Shown here: piece after piece, positions 8,868-19,487 of the stretch | Position numbering within the stretch: the first letter of the stretch is position 1 | Layout: each line of letters starts with the position of its first letter | Assembly (NCBI GenBank): GCA_027324255.1 | Contig: DAHVTI010000320.1 | Span: 1,409 to 65,408 of the forward strand | DNA length: 64,000 nt | Origin: Bryobacterales bacterium | GTDB taxonomy: Bacteria > Acidobacteriota > Terriglobia > Bryobacterales > Bryobacteraceae | Direction: 5' to 3' | Translations under genes and position numbers: made by a program | Notes under the pieces: generated by a model | What the model saw: the letters and a program-made list of their open reading frames with translations, nothing else | Databases searched by the model: none | What the model was told of the DNA's origin: nothing

Positions 8868-8873
8868 TAGAAT
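8868..8873 (+). promoter_or_regulatory. -10 element TAGAAT, 7 nt upstream of the dgoD ATG (leaderless-type)
   Basis: GGCATAGAATgtgggccATG; no SD present. Confidence 0.6.
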
Positions 8874-8880
8874 GTGGGCC

Positions 8881-10098
8881 ATGGTGCATCAGAGCTGGTC
8901 CCGCCGCGGCGCCGTGGGCGCCCTTTTCGGTTCGGCGCTTTCGGCCGAGACGTTGAAGAACGCGCCGATTCAAGCGAAAGATCCGCTGAAGGTCACGAAG
9001 CTGGAGACGTTTCTGGTGAAGCCGCGCTGGGTGTTCCTGAAGATCCACACCAACGCCGGCATCACCGGCCTGGGCGAGCCGCTGCTGGAAGGGCGCGCGC
9101 TGACCATCCAGGCGGCGATCCAGGAGATCGAGCCGTATCTGGTGGGGAAAGACCCGCGCCCGGTGCAGCACCACTGGCAGGCGATCTACCGGCACGCTTT
9201 TTACCGCGGCGGGCCGCTGCTGACTTCCGCGTTGTCGGGCATCGACCAGGCGCTGTGGGACATCAAGGGCAAGGCGCTGGGCGTGCCGGTGTACGAGTTG
9301 CTGGGCGGGCCGACGCGGAACCGCGTGCGGGTCTATGCGCACGGCGGAGGGTCCGACCCGGCGCGCATCCGGGCGCTGCTGAAGCAGGGCTTCACGGCGT
9401 TCAAGACGGGGCCGGCGCGGCGCCGCAAGTATCCGAAGTATGTCGAGACGCCGGCGGAGGTGCAGTACGCCGGCGAGAAGCTGGCGGAGTTCCGCAAGCT
9501 GGTGGGCGACACAGTGGACATCGGGGTGGACTTCCACGGGGCGGTGAGCCCGGCGCACGCCAAGATGCTGATCAAGGCGCTGGAGCCGTCGAACCCGATG
9601 TTCATCGAGGAGCCGTGCCAGGCCCAGAACCACGACGTGATGGCGGAGATCGCCAGGTCCACGCACCTGCCCATTGCGACGGGCGAGCGCGTGTTTACGA
9701 AGTGGGGCTTCCGGGAGGTGCTCGAAAAGAAGGCCGCCACGATCCTGCAGCCGGACCTGTGCCACGCGGGCGGCATCAGCGAAGTGCGGTCCATCGCGGC
9801 GATGGCGGAAGCGTACTACGCGGCGATTGCGCCGCACAATCCGATGGGGCCGATTTCGCTGGCGGCGGGCGTGCAGTTGGCGGCGTCGATTCCGAACTTC
9901 CTGATTCAGGAGCAGGTGTCGCTGGGAGAGGGCTACGTGAAGCAGCCGTTCACGGTTCGCGAGGGGTACCTGGATCTGCCCGCGGGGCCGGGGCTGGGCA
10001 TCGAACTGGACGACAACGCGATGGCGGACAAGATCGGCCACGACTGGAAGAACCCGCAGAGCTACGACGAGGACGACGGGTCAGTGGTGGACTGGTAA
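8881..10098 (+). CDS. dgoD: Galactonate dehydratase (enolase/mandelate racemase superfamily) with twin-Arg-like N-terminal extension
   Basis: KPRWVFLKIHT, FYRGGP..SALSGIDQALWDIKGK, DFHG, FIEEP, ATGER, APHNP motifs; N-terminus SRRGAVGALFG. Confidence 0.8.
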   Translation: MVHQSWSRRGAVGALFGSALSAETLKNAPIQAKDPLKVTKLETFLVKPRWVFLKIHTNAGITGLGEPLLEGRALTIQAAIQEIEPYLVGKDPRPVQHHWQAIYRHAFYRGGPLLTSALSGIDQALWDIKGKALGVPVYELLGGPTRNRVRVYAHGGGSDPARIRALLKQGFTAFKTGPARRRKYPKYVETPAEVQYAGEKLAEFRKLVGDTVDIGVDFHGAVSPAHAKMLIKALEPSNPMFIEEPCQAQNHDVMAEIARSTHLPIATGERVFTKWGFREVLEKKAATILQPDLCHAGGISEVRSIAAMAEAYYAAIAPHNPMGPISLAAGVQLAASIPNFLIQEQVSLGEGYVKQPFTVREGYLDLPAGPGLGIELDDNAMADKIGHDWKNPQSYDEDDGSVVDW

Positions 10099-10134
10099 GG
10101 CGCTGCGCGGGCGCGGCGCGCGACAATAGCGGGC

Positions 10135-11118
10135 ATGGAATACGTGAACCTCGGCAAGGCCGGCCTGAAGGTCTCGCGCATCTGCCTGGGCGCGATGAGC
10201 TACGGGTCGAAGAAGTGGCGCGAGTGGGTGCTGGAAGAAGAAGAGAGCCGGCCGTTCCTGCGGCGGGCGCTGGAACTGGGTATCAACTTCTTCGACACCG
10301 CCGACATGTATTCGATGGGGGTGAGCGAGGAGATCCTGGGCCGCGCGTTGAAGGACTTCGGGCCGGAGCGCGAGCGCGTCGTGATTGCGACGAAAGTGTT
10401 CCAGGCGATGAGCGAGGATCCGAACCAGCGGGGGCTGTCACGCAAGCACATCATGCATTCGATCGACAACAGCCTGCGGCGGCTGGGGACGGAGTACGTG
10501 GACCTGTACCAGATCCACCGCTTCGACTCATCGACGCCGGTGGAGGAGACGATCGAAGCGCTGCACGACGTGGTGAAGGCGGGCAAGGCGCTGTACGTGG
10601 GGGCGTCGTCGATGTATGCCTGGCAGTTTGCGCGGATGCTCCACACGGCGGAACGGCTGGGGCTGACGCGGTTCGTCTCCATGCAGAACCACTACAACCT
10701 GGTCTACCGGGAAGAGGAGCGGGAGATGATCCCGCTTTGCCGGCACGAAGGGGTGGCGGTGATTCCGTGGAGCCCGCTGGCGCGCGGCTTTCTGGCGGGG
10801 AACCGGCGGGCGCAGGACTACGGCGAAACGGTGCGCGCGCGGACCGACGACTTCGCGCACAAGCTGTATTACCAGCCGTCCGACTTCACGGTGGTGGAGC
10901 GGGTGGCGGAGATCGCCGCGCGGCGGGGGGTGTCGAACAGCCAGGTGGCGCTGGCGTGGGTGCTGCAGCAGCCGGGGATCACGGCGCCGATCGTGGGCGC
11001 GACGAAGATGCACCACCTGGAAGAGGCGGTGGCGGCGCTGTCGTTGAGGCTCGAAGAAGAAGAGCTGAAGCTGCTTTCGGAGCCGTACCAGCCGCACGCG
11101 GTGCTGGGGCACCACTGA
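10135..11118 (+). CDS. Aldo/keto reductase
   Basis: LGKAGLKVSRICLG, FFDTADMY, IATK, DLYQIHRFD, PWSPLARG motifs. Confidence 0.92.
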   Translation: MEYVNLGKAGLKVSRICLGAMSYGSKKWREWVLEEEESRPFLRRALELGINFFDTADMYSMGVSEEILGRALKDFGPERERVVIATKVFQAMSEDPNQRGLSRKHIMHSIDNSLRRLGTEYVDLYQIHRFDSSTPVEETIEALHDVVKAGKALYVGASSMYAWQFARMLHTAERLGLTRFVSMQNHYNLVYREEEREMIPLCRHEGVAVIPWSPLARGFLAGNRRAQDYGETVRARTDDFAHKLYYQPSDFTVVERVAEIAARRGVSNSQVALAWVLQQPGITAPIVGATKMHHLEEAVAALSLRLEEEELKLLSEPYQPHAVLGHH

Positions 11119-11135
11119 TCTTTCGCGAATTTCCG

Positions 11136-11165
11136 TGTTAGCACTTTCGGGCGCGCCTCCGTCTC
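11136..11165 (+). promoter_or_regulatory. Candidate ECF-type promoter for the secreted protein/sigma/anti-sigma operon
   Basis: TGTTAGCACTTT...CCGTCTC: CGTC -10-like element upstream of an operon encoding an ECF sigma; pattern match only. Confidence 0.3.
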
Positions 11166-11199
11166 TTAGGACAACAAGCCCTAAGGAGGGGCGCTGAAG

Positions 11200-11640
11200 A
11201 TGCAAACAACCATGCGACTGATCGCGGCTGCCGCGATTCTCTCGATCGACGCAATGGCCGGCGGATTCTGGCTGACGCTGGGCAATCCGGCGGCGAGCGC
11301 GGAGGCGCAGGCGGTGCACGCCGTCGTGACGGTGATGCCTACCGGGTGCCACAATCCGGCCGAGGCGAAGCTGACGGCCACGGCGGAGGGCGTCGTCAAC
11401 GGCAAGCGCGCGAGCATTCCCGTGAAGCTCACGCCGCTGGGCAAGCCGGGGTTCTACGCGATCGCGCGGCAGTGGCCGGCAGAGGGTAAGTGGGCGCTGC
11501 GCGTGGTGGGCGAATACAACGGGGCGCTGACTTCGGCGCTGATCCCGTTGAAGGACGCTTCCGCGGATCGCCGCGCCGCCAAGTACCAGGCGGGAATTCC
11601 GGGCGAACAGGACGTGGCGGCCCTGCTCGCGTCCAACTGA
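11200..11640 (+). CDS. Secreted hypothetical protein
   Basis: AAGGAGG SD; signal-like N-terminus; first gene of the ECF operon. Confidence 0.75.
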   Translation: MQTTMRLIAAAAILSIDAMAGGFWLTLGNPAASAEAQAVHAVVTVMPTGCHNPAEAKLTATAEGVVNGKRASIPVKLTPLGKPGFYAIARQWPAEGKWALRVVGEYNGALTSALIPLKDASADRRAAKYQAGIPGEQDVAALLASN

Positions 11641-11644
11641 TACC

Positions 11645-12193
11645 ATGTCCCCCACGATGGCCCTGCCCGTCGATGATCCCGGCGGCCTCTCGCTGGTGCG
11701 CAGCGCCAGCGGGGGAGACCGCGCGGCGTTCGGCGAGCTGTACCGGATGTACGCGCGCATGGTGCACGGCATTCTGCTGGCGCGCGTGCCGCCGGGGGAG
11801 GCCGAGGACCTGCTGCAGGAGGTGTTTCTCACCGCGATGAGCCGCCTGCCCGCGCTGCGCGAGCAGGCGGCTTTCGGCGGCTGGCTGGCGTCGATCGCGA
11901 GGAGCAAGGCGCTGGATTACCTGAGGTCCCGCCGCGAGACGGCGGAGCTGCCGGAGCAGATCGCCTCCGGCGCACCGCCGGCGGAGACGCGGCTGGAGGC
12001 AGTGCGCGTGCTGGCGCTGATCCGGACGCTGCCGGAGGCGTACCGGGAGACGCTGGTGCTGCGGCTGGTGGAAGGGCTCACGGGGCCTGAGATTGCGGAG
12101 CACACCGGGCTTCAGCCGGATTCGGTGCGCGTCAACCTGGCGCGCGGCATGAAGCTGCTGCGCCAGAAATTGGAGGGGGAGTCGCGGCCATGA
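11645..12193 (+). CDS. ECF sigma-70 factor
   Basis: Region 2 AEDLLQEVF...FGGWLASIARS and region 4 LPEAYRETLVLRLVEGL...EIA...VRVNLARG. Confidence 0.9.
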   Translation: MSPTMALPVDDPGGLSLVRSASGGDRAAFGELYRMYARMVHGILLARVPPGEAEDLLQEVFLTAMSRLPALREQAAFGGWLASIARSKALDYLRSRRETAELPEQIASGAPPAETRLEAVRVLALIRTLPEAYRETLVLRLVEGLTGPEIAEHTGLQPDSVRVNLARGMKLLRQKLEGESRP

Positions 12194-13107
12194 AACACGA
12201 TTACCTGTGGGACCGTTCCGGCCCGCCGGACGCGGAGGTGAAGCGCCTGGAGGAGTTGCTGGGCGCGCTGCGGGCAACGGAGCAACCCGCGCCGCGGCAG
12301 GGCCGGGGGTACTGGCGGCAGGCGCTGGCGGCTTCGCTGCTGGCGGCAGCGGCGGTGTCGCAGATCCTGCTGACGTCGCCGCCGGCTTCGTCGTGGCAGA
12401 TGGCGGGGGAGGAGTTGCACACGGGGCAGGTGGTGCGGTCGTCGGCGAGCGCGCTGCGGATGGAGGCGGACGCGGTGGGGCGGATCGAGCTGGAGCCGAA
12501 CTCGGAGCTGGCGATCGCGGAGTCGCGCCCGGGGCGGCAGAGGCTGGACCTGCGCCGCGGGACGCTGCACGCGCTGATCTGGGCTCCGGCGCGGGAGTTC
12601 GTGGTGGACACGCCATCGGCGCGCGCGATCGACCTGGGCTGCCAGTACACGCTGACGGTGAACCCCGGCGGCGACGGGCAGTTGAAGGTGCTGACGGGCT
12701 GGGTGGCGTTCCAGCACGGCGGGCTGGAGTCGTTCATCCCGGCGGGGGCGGCGTGCCGGACGCGGCGCCTGGCGGGACCCGGCACGCCGTACTTCGAAGA
12801 CGCGCCGGCGGGGCTGGTGGCGGCGCTGGCGGAGTACGACGCACGGCGCACGCCGTCGGCGCTGGAGGCGGTGCTCCAGGCGGCGCGCCCGCGGGACGCG
12901 ATCACGCTGTGGCACCTGCTGAGCCGCGCTTCGGGGAGCGGGCGCGCGGAGGTGTTCCGGGCGTTCTCGCGCCTGGTCCGGGTGCCGGCGGAGGTGACGG
13001 AGGCGCGCATCGCGCGGCCGGATGCGGCGGCGCTGGACCTGTGCTGGAACGCGCTGGGGCTCGACTCGGCGGAGTGGTACCGGACGTGGCAGCGGCCGTG
13101 GAAGTGA
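12190..13107 (+). CDS. FecR-domain anti-sigma factor
   Basis: ATGA overlap with the sigma gene; YLWD N-terminus, TM, FecR-like LDLRRGTLHA...FVVDTPSARAIDLGCQY. Confidence 0.8.
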   Translation: MKHDYLWDRSGPPDAEVKRLEELLGALRATEQPAPRQGRGYWRQALAASLLAAAAVSQILLTSPPASSWQMAGEELHTGQVVRSSASALRMEADAVGRIELEPNSELAIAESRPGRQRLDLRRGTLHALIWAPAREFVVDTPSARAIDLGCQYTLTVNPGGDGQLKVLTGWVAFQHGGLESFIPAGAACRTRRLAGPGTPYFEDAPAGLVAALAEYDARRTPSALEAVLQAARPRDAITLWHLLSRASGSGRAEVFRAFSRLVRVPAEVTEARIARPDAAALDLCWNALGLDSAEWYRTWQRPWK

Positions 13108-13108
13108 G

Positions 13109-15088
13109 TTACTTCCCGCCCCAGATCCAGCGCGAGAACCACTGGAGGTTGTCCTCCATCACGTGGCGCTGCTGCCTGGGCTTGGTGATGCCGTGGCCGA
13201 AGCCTTTGTAGACCACCATGCGGGTCTCGACGCCGGCGTCCTTCAGGCCCTGGTAGAGTTCGTAAGCGTTGGGGATGGGGACGCGGCGGTCGTTCTCGCC
13301 GTGCTGGATGAGGACGGGCGTGCGGGCCTTCTTGATGTTGGTGATGGGCGAGGTTTTGGCGTAGATGGACGGATCGTCCCAGGGCGTGGCTTTGAGGTAC
13401 TGGCGGGTGAAGGGGTGGATGTCGGTATTGACGTAGTAGGTCATCCAGTCGCTGATGCCGGCGCCGACGCTGAGGGCCTTGAACTTCGTGCTGTTGGTGG
13501 CGAGGAAGGCGCTGATGTAGCCGCCCTGGCTCCAGCCCATGGCGCCGACGCGGTCCGGGTCGGCGAGGCCCGCGTTCACCAGGTAATCCACGCCGCTCTC
13601 GACGTCCCACATGTCGCCGACGCCGAGGTTGCGGACGTTGAGCGAACGGAAGGCTTCGCCGTAGCCGGCTGAGCCGCGGTAGTTGGGGCGGAGGACCAGC
13701 GCGCCCCTGGCGGCGAACTGCTCGACGGGGTAGGTGCGGTCGGCTGTGCGCCAGGGGCGGTCCACGCCGGTGGGGCCGCCGTGAATCACCACCAGCAGCG
13801 GGTAGCGCCTGCCGGGGGTGAAATCGGCCGGCTTGATGAGGACGCCTTCGATCTCGGCACCATCCTTTGACTTCCAGCGGATGACCTCGCGATTGGCGGG
13901 GGAGAAGTCCTTGTACTGCGCCTTGAAGTCCGTCAGCAGACGCGGGGCAAACGGCTGCAGATGAGTCACATAGACCTCCGCATAGCTGTTGGGGGCGGCG
14001 CCGATGACAGCCGCGCTCTTGTGGTCCTTGCTGAAAGACCCGCCCATCACGGAGAAGTTTTCGTCTCCCAGAGTGCAGCGCCACTTGCCGCTGCCGGTGT
14101 TCAGGAGATAGACCCAGGAGTGAGTCTTCCGGAGCGCGGCGAACCAGATGCCCTCGCCGGACCATTCGAGCAGGTTGGGCTCCTCGTCGAAGCCGGCGGT
14201 GAGGATGCGCGGCTCGCCGCCGGAGGAGCGCACCATGGCGATGCGGGTGTTTTTGTAGAAGAAGAACTCCTCGCCGTTGGCGGTGGTGTAGGCGATGTAC
14301 TCGCCGCCGGGGGACCAGACGGGGCCGGAGTCGGGGCCGGGGGTGGAGACGATCCTGCTCACCACCTTGTCGGCGAGCGCGACGACGTAGATGTCGGAGG
14401 TGCCGCCAGCGCTCAGGTCGGCGGTGCGCGGGGCGGAGAAGGCGATGCGGGCGCCGTCGGGCGACCAGCGGAAGGACTGGACGGTGAACTCGGTACCCTG
14501 GGTGATTTGCTCGCCTTTGGCCGGGGTGCCGGGCTCGGCCGGCATCTCGGCGACATAGAGGTGGCTGAAGCGGGCGTCGCCGCCGACGATTTCAAGGTCG
14601 CCGTACTTTTCCTTGCGGTCCTTCAGGTCCTTGGGCTCCGGGCCCTGGGAAGAGTAGGCGAAGCGTTTGCCGTCGGGCGACCATTCGAAGCCCTGCACGC
14701 CGCCTTCGTCGCTGGTCAGCGGCCAGGCCTCGCCGCCGCGGGGGGAGATGGCCCAGGCCTGGCGCTTGCCGTCACGGTCGCTGGAGAAAGCAAGCCAGCG
14801 TCCGTCGGGCGACCACTGCGGATTGGAGGCGCTCTTCTTGCCGCGGGTCAACTGCGACCGGGCGCTGCCGTCCGCGGCGGCGATCCAGATCTGGGTCTTG
14901 AACTCGTTGTCCTGCCAGTCGGTTTCGCTGACGGTGTAGGCGACGAGGCGGCCGTCGGGGGAGATCCTGGCGCTGCCGGGCGATTGCATGCTGAGCGCCT
15001 GCTCGGCGCTGGGGGCTTTCGGCCCTTCGGCCGCGGCCGCGCCGCCGAGGAGCCGGGCGCTGAGAACGAGAGCGAGGATGCGTCCCAT
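13109..15088 (-). CDS. S9 family peptidase (dipeptidyl/acylaminoacyl peptidase) with PD40 propeller
   Basis: Signal peptide, WSPDG repeats, VIHGGP, GWSQGG catalytic Ser, GENDRRV, GHG. ATG 15088 is 7 nt after GACAAT (alternative start 15097). Confidence 0.9.
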   Translation of the reverse strand: MGRILALVLSARLLGGAAAAEGPKAPSAEQALSMQSPGSARISPDGRLVAYTVSETDWQDNEFKTQIWIAAADGSARSQLTRGKKSASNPQWSPDGRWLAFSSDRDGKRQAWAISPRGGEAWPLTSDEGGVQGFEWSPDGKRFAYSSQGPEPKDLKDRKEKYGDLEIVGGDARFSHLYVAEMPAEPGTPAKGEQITQGTEFTVQSFRWSPDGARIAFSAPRTADLSAGGTSDIYVVALADKVVSRIVSTPGPDSGPVWSPGGEYIAYTTANGEEFFFYKNTRIAMVRSSGGEPRILTAGFDEEPNLLEWSGEGIWFAALRKTHSWVYLLNTGSGKWRCTLGDENFSVMGGSFSKDHKSAAVIGAAPNSYAEVYVTHLQPFAPRLLTDFKAQYKDFSPANREVIRWKSKDGAEIEGVLIKPADFTPGRRYPLLVVIHGGPTGVDRPWRTADRTYPVEQFAARGALVLRPNYRGSAGYGEAFRSLNVRNLGVGDMWDVESGVDYLVNAGLADPDRVGAMGWSQGGYISAFLATNSTKFKALSVGAGISDWMTYYVNTDIHPFTRQYLKATPWDDPSIYAKTSPITNIKKARTPVLIQHGENDRRVPIPNAYELYQGLKDAGVETRMVVYKGFGHGITKPRQQRHVMEDNLQWFSRWIWGGK

Positions 15089-15160
15089 GGCGCCCATTGT
15101 CGGTCACCCGGGCCGAAGGAACAAGGGCGGCGGATGTTACAATCAGAAGGTTTGACAGTT

Positions 15161-16246
15161 GTGCCCGATCCCCGTCCGCAGCGGCGCGCCCGGCTGCTTC
15201 GAGCCCTCGTTCCATCCAAGGCCGAGGCCCTTCTTGTGTCGCATCTGCCCAATGTCCGCTACCTGAGCGGCTTTACGGGCAGCAACGGGCTGGTACTGCT
15301 GACGCCGAAAGCGGTGCTGCTGTTCACCGATCCGCGCTACGACATCCAGGCGTCGCAGGAGTGCGACTGCAAGGTGAAGGTGGTGACGGGGTCCGTGTGG
15401 GCGGCCGCGGCGGGGGAATTGAAGCGCCGGCGGATCGGCCGGGTGGCGCTGGAGTCCGCGCACGTCTCCTTCGACCAGTGGGCGTCGCTGGCGTCGCTGA
15501 TGGGCAAGCGAGTCAGGCTGGCGCCGGTGAAGGATGCCGTGGAGAGCCTGCGTGCGGTGAAGTCCGCCGGCGAGATCGAGGCCATCCGGCGTTCGGTTGC
15601 GCTTTGTTCGCGGGCGTACGAATCGGCCATCGCGCAGGTGCGGCCCGGGATGACGGAGTTCGAAGTGGCGGCGGAGCTGGATCATGCCATGCGCCTGCTG
15701 GGGGCAGAGGGGCCGGCGTTCGAGACCATCGTGGCCAGCGGGAAGCGCAGCGCGCTGCCGCACGCGCGGCCGACCGCGGCGCGGCTGAAGCCCAATCAAC
15801 TGCTGCTGGTGGACATGGGGGCGAACCTCGACGGCTATGCGAGCGACATGACGCGGGTGGCGCACATGGGACGGCCCGGGGCGCGGGCCCGGTCGATGTA
15901 TCAGGCCGTGCTGGACGCCCAACTGGCGGGCATCGAAGCGGTCCGGCCGGGCGCGTTGTGCCGCGAAGTGGATGCGGCGGCGCGGCGGACGCTGAAGCGG
16001 AGCCGGCTCGACAGGTTCTTTACCCACTCCACCGGACACGGGCTGGGCCTGGAGATCCACGAAATCCCGCGGCTGGGAGCGAAAGTGGACGCACGGCTGG
16101 AGCCCGGCATGGTGGTGACGATCGAGCCGGGTGTGTATCTGCCCGAGTTCGGCGGCATCCGCATTGAAGATACCGTCCTTGTGACTGAGACCGGCGTCGA
16201 GATCCTGACGCCGACCCCCAAAGAATTCCTGGTGATCGCATCATGA
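15161..16246 (+). CDS. Xaa-Pro aminopeptidase (M24B)
   Basis: [45 protein letters not shown] metal ligands. Start GTG 15161 (alternative ATG 15134); TACAAT upstream. Confidence 0.9.
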   Translation: MPDPRPQRRARLLRALVPSKAEALLVSHLPNVRYLSGFTGSNGLVLLTPKAVLLFTDPRYDIQASQECDCKVKVVTGSVWAAAAGELKRRRIGRVALESAHVSFDQWASLASLMGKRVRLAPVKDAVESLRAVKSAGEIEAIRRSVALCSRAYESAIAQVRPGMTEFEVAAELDHAMRLLGAEGPAFETIVASGKRSALPHARPTAARLKPNQLLLVDMGANLDGYASDMTRVAHMGRPGARARSMYQAVLDAQLAGIEAVRPGALCREVDAAARRTLKRSRLDRFFTHSTGHGLGLEIHEIPRLGAKVDARLEPGMVVTIEPGVYLPEFGGIRIEDTVLVTETGVEILTPTPKEFLVIAS

Positions 16247-16749
16247 CCATTGAAGAGATTCGAGAGTTGATCCAGACCGTCTGCGCCACCGGCGTAGCCG
16301 AACTGGAAGTGCAGCGTGGAGAGAACCGTGTGTGGATCAAGCGCACGGTGGGTGTCGTCACGCAGGAGATTCACGTTCCCGCGCAGCACACTTCGGCGGC
16401 CCACGCGCAGGCCGCGCCGGCGCCCGTGACGCCCGCGCCGGAATCGGTGACCGTGGCCGCGCCGCAGGCGGCGCCGCCGCCGGGCTCGCCGGACCTGACC
16501 GACCCCTCGCTGGAAGTAGTGAAGTCCCCCATCGTCGGGACATTCTATGAAGCGCCTGCGCCGGGCTCGCCCGCGTTCGTGTCGGTAGGCGACGCCATCA
16601 AGCCGGGCAAGATCCTGTGCATCATCGAGTCGATGAAGCTGATGAACGAGATCGAAGCTGAGATCTCCGGCACCATCGTGAAGCGGCTTGTCGACAACGG
16701 CCAGCCGGTGGAATACGGCGAAGCGCTCTACCTGGTGAAGCCCAACTAG
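16243..16749 (+). CDS. accB: Biotin carboxyl carrier protein
   Basis: [21 protein letters not shown] (biotinylated Lys). Confidence 0.95.
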   Translation: MTIEEIRELIQTVCATGVAELEVQRGENRVWIKRTVGVVTQEIHVPAQHTSAAHAQAAPAPVTPAPESVTVAAPQAAPPPGSPDLTDPSLEVVKSPIVGTFYEAPAPGSPAFVSVGDAIKPGKILCIIESMKLMNEIEAEISGTIVKRLVDNGQPVEYGEALYLVKPN

Positions 16750-16754
16750 AAGCG

Positions 16755-18119
16755 ATGCTCCAAAAGGTACTTATCGCCAACCGCGGAGAGATCGCCCTCC
16801 GGGTCATCAGCGCCTGCAAGGACCTCGGCATCCGCACGGTGGCCGTCTATTCCGAGGCCGACCGCTATTCTCTGCACGTGCGCTTCGCCGACGAGGCGGT
16901 GTGCATCGGCCCGGCCAAGAGCGCGCTCAGCTACCTGAATATTCCTTCGGTGATCAGCGCGGCGGAGATCACCAACGTAGACGCCATTCACCCCGGCTAC
17001 GGGTTTCTGTCCGAGAACTCCGACTTTGCGGAAGTCTGCCAGGCTTCCGGCATCAAGTTCATCGGGCCGAAGCCCGAAGTGACGCGCATGATGGGCCTGA
17101 AACAGATTGCGCGCGAGACCATGAAGGCCCACGGCGTGCCCATTTTGCCCGGCTCGGACGGCATTCTGCAGAACGTGGAAGAGGCGCTGGAAGTGGCCGG
17201 CCAGATCGGTTATCCCGTCATCCTGAAAGCTTCGGCGGGCGGCGGCGGGCGCGGCATGAGGATTGTCCGCGGCCCGGACGAGCTGCCGAACCTGTTCGCG
17301 CAGGCCAGCCAGGAGGCGGAGAACGCGTTTTCAAACGGCGACCTGTACTGCGAGAAGTTCATCGAGAAGCCGCGCCACATCGAGTTCCAGGTGCTGGCCG
17401 ACGAGCACGGCAACGTGGAAGTGCTGGGCGAGCGCGAGTGTTCGGTCCAGCGGCGGCACCAGAAGCTGATCGAAGAGGCGCCGTCGGCCGCCGTCACGCC
17501 GGAGCTGCGGAAGAGCATCACCGCCGTGCTGAAGAAGGCTTTCAAGGCGATCGGCTACACCAACGCCGGCACCGTCGAGTTCCTGATGGACGAGACGGGC
17601 AGCCTGTACTTTATCGAAGTGAACGCGCGCATCCAGGTGGAGCACCCGGTGACCGAACTGGTGACGGGCATCGACCTGGTGCAGGCGCAGTTGCGGATTG
17701 CCAGCGGCGAGAATCTGCCGGACATCATCGGCGGACCTGTGAAGCTGAGCGGCCACGCGCTGGAGTGCCGTATCAACGCCGAGCACCCCGTGAGCTTCGT
17801 TCCTTCGCCGGGCCGCATCCAGTCGCTGTCGCTGCCGGGCGGCATCGGAGTGCGGGTGGATACCGCTCTCTATACGGGCGGCGTGATTCCTCCCTACTAC
17901 GACTCGCTGGCGGCGAAGCTCATCACCTTCGGGCGCAACCGCGAAGAGGCGATCGCGCGCATGCAGCGCGCGCTGGAGATGTTCGTGGTGGAAGGGATCC
18001 ACACATCCATCCCGCTGCACCAGGAGATCATGGCCGACGACGAGTTCCGCCGCGCCGCCATCGACACGCACTTCATCCAGCGCTTCCTGGAGCGCCGCAA
18101 GGCCGCCGCGGCTCAGTAG
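16755..18119 (+). CDS. accC: Biotin carboxylase
   Basis: [60 protein letters not shown]. Confidence 0.96.
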   Translation: MLQKVLIANRGEIALRVISACKDLGIRTVAVYSEADRYSLHVRFADEAVCIGPAKSALSYLNIPSVISAAEITNVDAIHPGYGFLSENSDFAEVCQASGIKFIGPKPEVTRMMGLKQIARETMKAHGVPILPGSDGILQNVEEALEVAGQIGYPVILKASAGGGGRGMRIVRGPDELPNLFAQASQEAENAFSNGDLYCEKFIEKPRHIEFQVLADEHGNVEVLGERECSVQRRHQKLIEEAPSAAVTPELRKSITAVLKKAFKAIGYTNAGTVEFLMDETGSLYFIEVNARIQVEHPVTELVTGIDLVQAQLRIASGENLPDIIGGPVKLSGHALECRINAEHPVSFVPSPGRIQSLSLPGGIGVRVDTALYTGGVIPPYYDSLAAKLITFGRNREEAIARMQRALEMFVVEGIHTSIPLHQEIMADDEFRRAAIDTHFIQRFLERRKAAAAQ

Positions 18120-18183
18120 GCGGGTTCGGCCGGGTGCACGACGGGGCGGCGGGGCCTTCGATATGATAGGCGCGATTACCGCC

Positions 18184-19461
18184 ATGCCCACCAGACGACA
18201 ATTGCTTCAATCCCTGGCCGCGCCGGCCATCGTCCCCGCTTCGGCGCTCGGTTTGAACGGCGCTGTTCCGCCCAGCGACCGTGTGACGCTCGCCACCATC
18301 GGGGTGGGCTGGATGGGCGGCAGCCACGTCGACGAGTTCCTGAAGTGCAGCGGCCTGCAGTACGTCGCGCTGGCGGATCTCGACGATCACCGCCTGACCG
18401 AGAACAAGGCCAAGATCGACGGTTTCTACGGCGACCAGGGATGTGCCGCGTACCACGCGTTTGAAGAAGTGCTGGCGCGCCGCGACATCGACGCCGTCTC
18501 CATCGCCGTGCCCGACCACTGGCACGGCATCGTGGCCGTGCTGGCCGCGCGAGCGGGCAAGGATATCTACTGCGAAAAGCCCATCGCGCAGAACTTCAAC
18601 GAAGGGCTCAAGATGGTGCAGGCCGCGCAGAAGTACGGCCGGATCTGGCAGACGGGCAGTTGGCAGCGGTCGAAGGAGAATTTCCGGCAGGGCTGCGAAC
18701 TGGTGCGGAACGGGGCCATCGGCAAAGTGCACACGATCGAGGTGGGGCTGCCCGGCGGGCATACCGATTTCGCCAAGACGAAGGACAAGACGCAGGTGAC
18801 GAAGCCGCCGGCCTGGCTGTGGTACGACCGTTGGCTGGGGCCCGCGCCGGAGGCGCCTTACTGCGAGGCGCGCGTGCATAAGAACTGGCGCTGGAACTAC
18901 GATTACGCCGGCGGGCAACTGATGGACTGGGTGGGGCACCACGTGGATATCGCCCACTGGGGCATGGGCTTCGACGAGACGGGGCCGTCGGAGGTGGAGG
19001 GCGCGGGTGAGTTTCCGCCGCGCGAGGCGCTGTACAACACGGCCACGAAGTACAAGGTGACGTGCAAGTACCCGCAGGGCGTCACCATGGTGATCGCCGG
19101 CGGCTACAAGGAGATCCGGGGCGGCACGAAGTGGATCGGCGACAAGGGCTGGCTGTGGGTGAACCGCGGCAAGATCGAGGCGTCGGATCCGGCGCTGCTC
19201 ACTGCCGACTTGAAGCCCGCCATCCCCTATCCGAAATCGCCGGGCCACTACCAGGAGTACATCGACAGCGTGAAGTCGCGGCGCCGGACCCTGACTCCGG
19301 CCGAGGTGGCGTTGCGCTCCGCCACTCCGGGCTTCCTGGGCAACATCTCCATGTTCACGGGCCGGAAGCTGCGGTGGGACGCGGCGAAGATGGAGATTGT
19401 GGGTGACGCCGAGGCCGCGCGGTTGTTGGGCCGTGAGATGCGCAGCCCGTGGAGGCTGTAG
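18184..19461 (+). CDS. Tat-exported Gfo/Idh/MocA oxidoreductase
   Basis: MPTRRQLL signal; IGVGWMG, IAVPDHWH, IYCEKP, GGQLMDWVGHHVD. Confidence 0.88.
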   Translation: MPTRRQLLQSLAAPAIVPASALGLNGAVPPSDRVTLATIGVGWMGGSHVDEFLKCSGLQYVALADLDDHRLTENKAKIDGFYGDQGCAAYHAFEEVLARRDIDAVSIAVPDHWHGIVAVLAARAGKDIYCEKPIAQNFNEGLKMVQAAQKYGRIWQTGSWQRSKENFRQGCELVRNGAIGKVHTIEVGLPGGHTDFAKTKDKTQVTKPPAWLWYDRWLGPAPEAPYCEARVHKNWRWNYDYAGGQLMDWVGHHVDIAHWGMGFDETGPSEVEGAGEFPPREALYNTATKYKVTCKYPQGVTMVIAGGYKEIRGGTKWIGDKGWLWVNRGKIEASDPALLTADLKPAIPYPKSPGHYQEYIDSVKSRRRTLTPAEVALRSATPGFLGNISMFTGRKLRWDAAKMEIVGDAEAARLLGREMRSPWRL

Positions 19462-19487
19462 TCGCCGTCCTTGTAGAATGGCAGGTA

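Noticed and set aside
6151-11668. KOPS polarity as support for a terminus
   Set aside because: GGGCAGGG at 6151 and 6596 is in the expected orientation but CCCTGCCC at 11661 is opposite; too few sites were checked by eye.
13961-16246. 761-aa ORF suggesting an N-terminally extended M24 peptidase
   Set aside because: The first ~390 codons are the antisense shadow of the S9 peptidase; homology starts near 15161.
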